This document shows positions 8,669 through 17,782 of a stretch of DNA of 17,782 nucleotides, piece after piece. Origin of the DNA: Bugula neritina (lineage: Eukaryota > Animalia > Bryozoa). The position numbers were made by a program, and so were the translations under genes. Each line of letters begins with the position of its first letter. Position 1 is the stretch's first letter. Under the pieces are notes generated by a model that worked only from the letters and a program-made list of their open reading frames with translations, was not told where the DNA came from and did not search any database. Location of the stretch: positions 1-17,782 of the forward strand of contig CAXIUT010000104.1 in the NCBI GenBank assembly GCA_964035545.1, given 5' to 3'.

Positions 8669-10139
8669 CATATTCATATAGTTGACTTATAAATTGATTT
8701 ATGCAAATACAATCTCATTAAATTAAATATCTCATTTGGTCGACACTTAGATTAAACGGGTTGTTAAACACATATTTCATATTTTTCCTATTGCAAAAAG
8801 TCTATCTACCATTTTCAGTAATATAAAGCTATTTTGTTGGCAGGTAAAATAAATTATATGCTTGAAACAGGAAAACCTAAAGAAGCTGGGAATTTAAATG
8901 AGAATGAACTAGAAATACTACTGGATGGTGTTCATTACATCAACTTATACTAAATATTAAGAGATCACTGAAATAAATTATATAGAACATGTTACAAATA
9001 CAAAAGTAATGAAAACCATTACATAAAAACACCCTAAACACCTGCTATAACAATAGCCTCAAAACTAAACCTTAGCACACATACAAAACACTCATGAAGC
9101 TGAAAACAAACCTTGAGCTAATTTAGTTTGCTTTTTCATACAAGTTTCTTCAAACATTCTATTTTGCTAAACAAATAGATGTTGAACAATAACATACTGT
9201 ATTGTATTGAGACAAGCATTGTAGCTATAGCATACCTAAACATAACTCAAACCAACCAGGAATACTACACAACAACCTGTAACAAAGTACAATAACTACA
9301 CCTAGCTTAAACAGCAGTGATGGAACTTCTATAGCTGTATATATACTCTAACAGCTTCATTTATGTTATGACCAAAATCCAATTTGACACATGCTAGAGT
9401 GTATCCATAATAGCAGAGTTTCTAGAGGCCAAGTCCAAGAAATCACTGGTGCACTAAGAATTTATTATAGTGTTTTATTCATATTGCACACTATTGTTGT
9501 AGATTTATGCTAATTGTATGGTATTATTCATTGCATGAAACTGAGTGAGTTATTTAGCTGAAGCAATAACATGAGCACAGTGGCTCTTTCTTTTATTGTC
9601 TATATACAAAAACAAGTCTGGTGGAATAGAAAGATCGAGCATGTAACTTCTCACAGGAAATAGTGAAAACTAGCTATACATATACTGTAGGTAAATCTAA
9701 CTGTGTCTTGGCTGGTAGGTAAAAGTGGTTTTGCCCAGTGTCATACAGCTCCTCATCGGCTGCATTGGGCATTGCACCCACTTATATACCCATTTGCACT
9801 AGGAACTCTCCCCGACAATTTTGCCACTTTAGGTTATTTGCCAGCTGATTTGTCTCGCACAACTGCTAACTGGGAGACCCCTTTGTAATTGACTCTGCAG
9901 AGCAACGTACCTCGGGAACGCCCGTGCAATGTGCTGTGAAGGTATGCTAAATTTTTTACATGAGAATACCCTTTTCAAGTCATCATTGTCGCTTTACTTC
10001 TGTGAGTGCATTTGATACTGGTGTTCCTCAAGCAATAGCATGTCTAGAATGGTATCTTATATTAGCTGATCGACATTGCCCAGTGCATCATTGCCCAGTG
10101 CCCAGTGCGATCATGGACCCTTCCAGGTCGTAAAAATGT

Positions 10140-11110
10140 GGCGTAGCAGAAAATGCATGATCTGTCCATCAATGTACTATGTTTACCATCATGCAATTCA
10201 AGACCTTCCCGTTCTTGGGATGTAAAAAAAATGCCCCCCCCCCCCTCCATGAGGGCCTTTTCACCAAACATGACTTTCAGCACACGGTACATGCGAGAGG
10301 AAATCATACAAGTGTGGTTATCTACTGATCGGCTCAGCCTAGTCATAGCTCTGGTGTGTTCTTTTGTTTTTACCGCATACTCCTCACTTCTTCCAGTAAC
10401 ATGAAAACTTGGTTAGGGTCAGCGAGGCTGCGATCGTGACTGCCATCAAAAAATTTGGCTGGGTAGCTGGACCAGTTTTCCTCCATGTTAGCTCTATCTC
10501 TTGACCACTTTCATCAGCCTTATGAGAGTCTCTGCTGCAAACTTAGGCGTTTAATCTGTTCAGAGCGACCTCGGTCGCCTATATTTCACCAGCGAGGAGA
10601 TGTCACTGCTGGCCACAATTATTGAGCAATTGTCAAAACGCTTTAAAGGCTAGAGTCAGTCGAGTTTCAAAGTCTAAGTTACCATAGGCAACCTGGATGA
10701 GCTTCTGTACTGTGTTGGCACGATCCTGTAAGGATGTCTTAGGCTCTCGCCGTAGTCCCTGTAATCAGGCCTTTATATCACGTGTGGTCAGCTCGAATCG
10801 GGAGTGGATGGTTTCAAAAAATATAGTTAACATCAATACCCACTCTGGAGAACATGATCTGGTCAAGCATGCAGAATGGCAGTTGAAGCAGCTCTACTGG
10901 TGCTCGCCACTTAGTGATGGTGGCTACTTCTTGGAACTCCTTTACAGACTGTTCAACATTGCATTCTTCATCGAAGATCAGCGAGTGGGACCTGCTAACA
11001 AGTGGTGCCGGTCCGGTTGCCCAATTGTTTTTGGAGAGCTGAATCACAGCCTTCATTGTGAAGCTAATCCACCATCCAGTTCTGCCTCTTGTACTGATCG
11101 CACTGGATTA
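10140..11110 (-). mobile_element. gag: Second Ty3/Gypsy fragment: gag through probable protease start
   Basis: IFDEECNVEQSVKEFQEVATITKWRAPVELLQL..GIDVNYIF/ETIHSRFELTTRDIKA*LQGLRREPKTSLQDRANTVQKLIQVAYGNL..LLNNCGQQ*HLLA aligns with the gag of element 1. IDGQIMHFLL near 10145-10175 resembles the protease start. Confidence 0.75.
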
Positions 11111-11235
11111 TTCTTTACCTTCCTTTTATCAGGAAAGCGTCAGCTTTGTCTGCTTGAAACAGCATTTCACAACTATATGTTGGATTATTCAAGAGGAAGC
11201 TCATTTCAAAATGTATCTACAATTGGTATGCTTAA

Positions 11236-12004
11236 AGGATTGCTCTATCTTGTCTAATAAATGGCCATTTAGGTCAAACACACACAATATTGTGTTTTTC
11301 TAAGCATGCATTGACAAAAAGCATTTGACCAAAGGTAGAAAAAGTTAGTTGAAGTTGAGGGTGTAGATTGGTAACAGCCAAAACGCCGATTTTGAAATGA
11401 GCTGGGAACTGTGACGTAACAGCGCCAGCATTCCTGCTGGTCACGTGACTATACAAAAGAATTACTATAGAAATATGACTGTGAGATGTGATCTTTCAGC
11501 TCGTAATTTGTATATTTATAGAAGTGCAAATGTGAATTCTCTTAATCTATAGCTTTTTGACATTTTAAATAACATGTATGTAATAACATTAGGCTATATT
11601 TTGCTTGTAACCATTAGAAAAAAGCATTGCAAAAGCATGCATTCTTTAGGATGAATGCCTGCAATCGATCTAAACTAGGTTAGATTGTGCAATATTACGG
11701 GCGCACCAAAGTTGACCTATATAGCACACTGTAACTGCTTGAGCGTTATTGGTTGATATTGTGCTCAGCAACCTTGAATACTAGCGTTATAGTTAGCACG
11801 TGCAGCATAGTTACTGGCGTTCACACGTCACGTATTAGGCTATTCTTTTTCATGGCTGAAAATTTTACCGCCCTCAAAATTGGAATTTTGAAAAGCTGTT
11901 TTCTAGGCACATATCCCTTTGCAAAGTCACAATTGTTTGCATACACATTAAATTATAGTTCATAATTATAATGTGATTGTAATAAACTAAGATTGAGCAA
12001 TCCT
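11236..12004. mobile_element. Non-autonomous Kolobok-type DNA transposon (769 bp)
   Basis: 16-bp TIRs aggattgctctatctt (11236-11251) and aagattgagcaatcct (11989-12004), one mismatch. TTAA on both sides (11232-11235, 12005-12008). AG..CT termini fit Kolobok rather than piggyBac (CC..GG). No transposase ORF. Confidence 0.85.
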
Positions 12005-12777
12005 TTAAATGATCTCCCTGCCCATGCTCCTCTAAACTTGATAATTTTATATTTTCCAGAGCGGAATTAAACCAGGGACTTATGAAATGGTTATTATCAG
12101 TTATAAATTTGGTGACAAGTACATTAGTAAGGTTTGAAATGTGCAATATGGTATGATACTCAATACTAAGTTTGGAGCAGATGTAAATATCCCTTGGTAG
12201 TTGGTAGAAGTGTCCTCACTGACTGCATTGGGCTTTTAACTCACTCATATATGAAGCTGCCCAAAATGGGTTTATCACAATCGCATGTCCCGAGTCAGCC
12301 AGCTCAGCACTCGAATCTCAAATTTTTAGTTCAGAATCAGACAGCACAATGAATGAAATAAGCGAAACAAAATATCATGCACTGCAAAAGACACATGAAG
12401 CTATTAATACCGTAACAAAATAGTACGAGTACAACTTGGTTACAGAAAAAGTTCACACAATAATCTTAAACAGAATATTTACACAATTTGACCACACTAT
12501 GTACTTTGAGGTACGGAAGAAAATTGCTTAAATTTTGATGTATATTGGGCTGAAAATTTTGAAGAAAAACTGTAAAAAGTGGTGTGTTTAGGTTACTCCA
12601 TTGCAAAAACACCCAGTGAAAAGTCCGCAAACAACCAACAATCACATAAACAACATATGGCCTTGTTTATGACTTTAGTTGCTGCCAAAATTACAATTAA
12701 CATCAAATCCATGTACTTTCTTAAGTAAGCAGTCCATGCCCAACACTTGAGCTGACCAGTTACAGATTCAAACACTA

Positions 12778-13123
12778 AACCTAGAGCCACACAGTGCGTA
12801 TTTTCGCATGCAAAAATTGAAATCACAAGTAGCAAAGGTGTCCACTGTAGCGTCAGTGATACGTGGTAAATAAAGTTTTCATTTTTAAATCGCACTCGCT
12901 TTCAATAAAACGCAATTTATTGGAATGTAGCACTAATATGAAGAAGTTGGGCTTGCTGAATAACTACCAGCCAATTAGGTGACGACGACAGAGACGATTT
13001 GCACTTGTGTTGAGAATGCTGAGCGACAAGTGCGAATGTTTTCTCAACGCGTACAGTGGACACCTTTGCTACTTGTGGTTTCAATTTTCGCATGCGAAAA
13101 TACGCACAGCGTGGCCCTAGGCT
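12778..13123. mobile_element. MITE with 72-bp terminal inverted repeats (346 bp)
   Basis: 12778-12849 vs the reverse complement of 13052-13123 gives 66/72 identity by manual count. TA on both flanks (12776-12777, 13124-13125). Non-coding interior. Confidence 0.9.
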
Positions 13124-13231
13124 TAGTTGCTGAAAAATTAGAGTAACATAGAGAAAAAGTGCAATATATTTAAAAAATCGCCAATGTATGTTTACTTTTT
13201 TGCTTTTGAAAATTATTTATGTTTATCTACC

Positions 13232-13254
<23 letters not shown>
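13232..13254. repeat. (TA)n microsatellite
   Basis: About 11 TA units followed by a T run. Confidence 0.95.
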
Positions 13255-13264
<10 letters not shown>

Positions 13265-13935
13265 TATTAGTAATGATCAATCATATATAATAAGGAGAAT
13301 TATTAAATATTGTAAGATGTACAAATTCAATAAGGCTATATAGCCAGGAATATAAGAAGTTGCCACCTAAAGCAGCTTTCCTTCCCAATTTCTTAATTTA
13401 CTAAAATAGTTTATTCATTATCTGTTATATTAGTATTTTACTGCCTTGAAAAATTGTCTGCATGTTCATTATTTTATACAACAATTGTTATTGCTATAAA
13501 AAATATCAATTGACATCTTAGTTATGATAAAAATAAACAACAAGATTCTATCGAATTAAAAACTAAAAGTGAAAACATTCCACTATATTTATTGCTGTAG
13601 CTCACTCATTGCATTAAACAAATAAATTTTTCATTAACCTAATGGAAATAGTTATATTGACAGAAACCACCACCACAAGTTAGTGCTAACTGCAAGCACA
13701 AATTATTCTATACCGGCATCCATTCACATAAAGGCAGTCATGGAAATGCAGTGTATGACATTTGTTCAGTTACCTATATTCCTATATAGCAGCTGACATG
13801 GTATAACAATTAGACATATACCAATGACTGATAGCACTGCAATGGTACCGATTATCTATATATATAATAATCTGCACAGGCATTAGGCCTAATATAAACA
13901 AAGATTTTAGATAAGATGATACAGTAGCAAAGCTA

Positions 13936-14190
13936 CCGGTAAAAATGGCTAACATAATAATAGCACGGGTAATAATGGCAGGCATAATAATGGCAGAAAT
14001 GAAAAAATAAGTAGATACGGCACACTTATGTTTTAGTTAGACCAACTAAAAGCTCCAATCACAAAGCAAATCCCAAACCTAAATGCCCCCATCTCAATCT
14101 CAAACTTTTACCTACTCTTTCAATTGTTACCTAAGCAATGTTTATTTTTGCAATATCTGTATTTTTACATGTGCAACTTTACTGGACACC
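13936..14190. mobile_element. Small degenerate non-autonomous element with a 15-bp subterminal array and an inverted copy at the other end
   Basis: Four 15-bp units (ggtaaaaatggctaa, cataataatagcacg, ggtaataatggcagg, cataataatggcaga) at 13938-13997. Degenerate inverse atttttacatgtgcaactttactgg at 14161-14185. Confidence 0.45.
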
Positions 14191-14469
14191 ATAAACACCA
14201 AAGCTAAGCATAGTGTTATAATCATTAGTTATACATACTAATGCCCCTATACAAGTGTCACATCAAAATACCATAAGCAATCAAGTTCCTAATGATACCA
14301 TTATTCACATATTTATAATTATGAATACATGTAAATGATTAAAGTCAAAATATTATTACCAAATAATTATATTTAACTTGTATAAGATAATTAGATTTAG
14401 TATTACTAACTTCAATTGGTACCCCACATGTTTTGATCTAAACTATTGCTACTCGTATCTACCTCCAGT

Positions 14470-14643
14470 TCAGCATCACCAGACAAATATGATTGAGATG
14501 TGGCCATGCAGCTGCTGAGTGGTGAAGATAATGACTGTTGCTGAGGCCAACTTGTTGTAAAGACATGCTTTACCCTCGTGATTCTTATCTCTGATAGTCA
14601 ACATGTCGGTAAACCTTTTGTTTGTTTAAAGCATTGAACACTG
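14470..14643 (-). pseudogene. Decayed duplicate of part of the 16858-17147 exon
   Basis: Shares cagctgctgagtggtgaagataatga and agacatgctttaccctcgtgattcttatct with 16925-17095, but has 1-bp deletions, a 4-bp insertion and stops. Confidence 0.85.
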
Positions 14644-15699
14644 CATAGAGGTTTAAGACACTTACTCATAGCTGGGTTAAATACTGTGCTTTTAATCTAA
14701 CTGATAACAGTAGAAAGCTGCATGTTACATTGTATGCTATTAAGCGCTGTCTCAATTTAACTGATTCACCATATTTACCCTGACCTCTATAATGCTTGTA
14801 GAAAACACCCAACCTATTACTATAGCTGGTCTAGTGCACAATTGTATGTTTTTATTCATCATTTTTCACCTCTGACTTTTGATTTACATTTGTACTTTAA
14901 ATGATGAATTAAGCTTTGTTAGAATTTTCTTGTTGCAAAAATCAATCCAATTTATAGATTATAGTGGAGATAGGTACAGTACAATGGGGAAATAGAGAAA
15001 AGCCTGTGTACTCTAAATTAGAAATGTAACAATAAAAGTTATGTTTTTGCAAAAATTTTAATTTTCGCCCCAAACCAAAATTTTTGAAGAAACTTTAAGA
15101 ACTTAACCAATCTAATTTTCTCCACCACAGCACTTAAATGTCATAGTAAGCATTTCATTTAAATTTTCAAATGTAATAAGTATATAGGAATTATTCAGCA
15201 AAGTTTTGGCAGTAAACGAAACATGATGAATTTATGCTTTTGAAATGTTACTTTAAACTCACCCTTTTAACCTAATGAAGCATAACCTTGAAAGTTTGGA
15301 AGTCTAGATGTAAGCTCTACTTATTTTGTTTAAATTAATAGCTAATACGCTAGTTACTAATTACGTACAGTTGCCGTGGAGTGCATTAACTAATGAAATG
15401 TTGTTGTAAATCCATCTAAATTTGTTTGACGAAATAAATTGTAACTCCAGCTTTGTTTTCTGCATGCTCATCTGCACCAAAATTTTGCTCTGAAAAAGTA
15501 CAATATTTTCAGCCAACAGTTTACAAAAAACGTGTTGTTTAAATCTTTATAACATAAATAATACAAGTATTGTTTTGAGAAAACTTATTGTCTTGAGCAG
15601 CAAAGTTGCAATATGGAATATCTTCAGAAACTGTTTTAAATTTTTGTCCTAGAAAAACCTTACTTTCAATTATTTAAAGGTTTTATTACAGGGCAATAT

Positions 15700-16280
15700 A
15701 CATTTTTGCTTATCTCAATAAGTAATAAACTAGTCGTTGATATAGTTACTATGGAATTGTTTATTACCCTCATTATAATATGTCAAAACAGCACTTAAAA
15801 TCTTACATGCTCTCACATACTGATATACTTATTTTCTGAGCGCAATAAATATAATGTGAGTGCGTAATAAAAATTAGAGTTGTTAGACTAGAATCTAGAA
15901 ATATAATTAAAAATGTTAGAGCAAGTTATTCAAATAGTCTCGTTAATTGATTGCATATGAAATTTTGCCTGTCAACTATATAATACCATCTTGAGACTAG
16001 CAGTGGAACACAATCAATTGCTTCTAATCGGCTATAGAACTATTTATTTTAACATTGTAATATGCCAGTCATGAGCATATAGGCTGACTGAGTAAATAAG
16101 CATAATTATATGCACTAATAACTTGCTGTTACTCATCATTAGTTATTTCTGTGCTGAGTACATGATGAAAGGTTTTGATGTTATAGAAAAAACTATGAGA
16201 TATATGCACTTTGAGTTTTAAAGCCATGGAGCGATTTCATGCCTTCGAATGCGGCCATGCAGTTTTCTATAACATAAGCT
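15700..16280. repeat. Diverged direct repeat of 17180-17725 (second block of a local duplication)
   Basis: Collinear anchors: taataaactagt, actgatat, ataccatct(t/g)gagacta, tagcagtg(g/a)aacacaa, ctgactga(g/a)taaata, tcatt(a/g)gttatttct(g/c)tgctga. Confidence 0.8.
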
Positions 16281-16857
16281 CTATATAATATTATCTTATT
16301 AACTGATATGAAAAACCCAACTATAGATACAAAGCGTTTCGAAACATGAATTATCGAGCAAATATATCAGCAAAGGCTGCCTAATAACAATAACTTTACA
16401 ACTTTGTCACCATTATTTCTCAAAACAATGACATAATATTAATAAAGTTTAATCTTATTTCAGTGTTTAAACGTCCAAATATAGCAAAGTAAATAATAAT
16501 TGTTGAAATAAACTTCCAGCTTTGTTGAATTTAATGTTATATAAGAGTCACTTGAATTGTTCAGCACAAAAACAGTATTGCAATTTTCTAATAAGCTAAC
16601 GTTAAAATTTAAAACAACCAAATGAGTTCTACAAAAGTTAGTTTTGATTAGTTAAATTTCTTTGACCTTGACAAGTATTCTCCTATAGCTTTACTAAAAT
16701 AGGCTTTTACCTTATAAATAACATATACTGACAAATACACACTTATGAGACGTGTTCTCATATACAGAAATACAGAAGCATGTTTTATGAATGTTGTTTT
16801 CTGAATTTTGAGTAAAATATACCACATGTATTGTACAAATTGAAGCGAAAGTCTTAC

Positions 16858-17147
16858 CAGCCTCTTTAGTCTTTGTCCATATTGTTGAGTTTGGCTGAAG
16901 CTGGAATTTAGAAATGGCTGCTTGTCAACGTCCCAGCGAAGTGTGATTGAGATGTGACCAGCTGCTGAGTGGTGAAGATAATGATTGGTTGTTGAGACTA
17001 ACTGGTTATAGAGACATGCTTTACCCTCGTGATTCTTATCTTCTGCTAGTGAATATGTCAATAAACATCTTGTTTGTTTAAAGGCTCTATCACTGTGAGA
17101 AACTGGTGGTGCAGTGTTTGCCCATAACTTATTGGCACTTATATCGG
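16858..17147 (-). CDS. Putative internal coding exon, unknown product (DISANKLWANTAPP...HISITLRWDVDKQ...QRLKRL)
   Basis: Acceptor ttacttttcaatAG (17148-17149) and donor CTG|GTAAGA (16852-16857). 290 nt, open, phase 1 in and phase 0 out, within ORF 16648..17178. Higher GC than flanks and better conserved in the duplicate than the flanking sequence. Confidence 0.65.
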
Positions 17148-17782
17148 CTATTGAAAAGTAATATTTGAGTGTTATCAATGATCGCTCATATTAATAACTA
17201 ATAAACTAGTTAGTAATAGTTGCTATGAAGTCTTTTATTAACTTATTATAAGTTCAAACTGACATTCAACAAGTTACCGAACATAAACTGATATGCGACC
17301 TCTACAAGAGCAGTGAGAATAATGTAAACACTTAAGATGACTATAGACTGCACTCGCATTTAGCCTGCAATCTAACAACTTCATTATCAAAAATTAGGAT
17401 GTCCAGATTGTTGTTTAAGTACACAAGTTTATAAAATGTGGCCTAATAACTTATACCATCTGGAGACTATATAGCAGTGAAACACAAATCAGTAATATTT
17501 GCTATAACAGACTGGAACCATTTATTATATCACTATAATTATAGTCATATAAACCTGACTGAATAAATATTGTAAGCATATCGCTAATAGTTAAATGTTA
17601 GATGTCATTGGTTATTTCTCTGCTGATGACATAATAAGAAGAAAAATCATGACTGCTAAACCCTTAAAATTGTACCCGTGGAATGAAGCGTGTTTTCAAA
17701 TATTAGGCCCGGTTTCTATTACCCACATTTAATTACTACTACCATCCTTCACGTCATGCAAATAATATTATGATCACTAAAA

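Noticed and set aside
10697-11257. 186-aa plus-strand ORF, the longest in the track
   Set aside because: It is the antisense shadow of the minus-strand gag remnant, runs into the Kolobok TIR and shows no recognisable motif.
12593-12895. 100-aa hydrophobic ORF (also 13782..13985 and 2555..2749)
   Set aside because: These cross MITE, repeat or LTR sequence. The hydrophobicity reflects T-rich composition, and I found no splice support.
17457-17554. Additional exon in the duplicated block (and its copy near 15986-16085)
   Set aside because: The donor is weak (GTATAA/GTATTA) and the frames I translated contain stops, so it cannot be supported as coding.

Overview
AT-rich eukaryotic DNA, most likely from an invertebrate animal (inferred from GT-AG introns, the transposon types and base composition). 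It is not a prokaryotic window and has no operons, CRISPR arrays or rRNA. A minus-strand, multi-exon host gene or pseudogene can be traced: four phase-compatible 3' exons at 51-1900, one carrying an in-frame TGA, and a further open exon at 16858-17147 with a decayed tandem duplicate. Most of the remainder is transposon debris. This includes a ~5.1 kb decayed Ty3/Gypsy LTR retrotransposon on the minus strand (gag-PR-RT N-terminus-[deletion]-IN, plus an unusual post-integrase region with C2H2 zinc-finger-like remnants), a second Gypsy gag fragment, a tRNA-Thr(AGT)-derived SINE-like element, a TTAA-flanked Kolobok-type non-autonomous DNA transposon, a TA-flanked MITE with 72-bp TIRs, and micro/minisatellites. 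I see no intact novel system. The best leads are the zinc-finger-like cargo in the Gypsy element and the in-frame UGA in an otherwise coherent exon chain. All translations and alignments were done by eye, so boundaries of decayed features are approximate.
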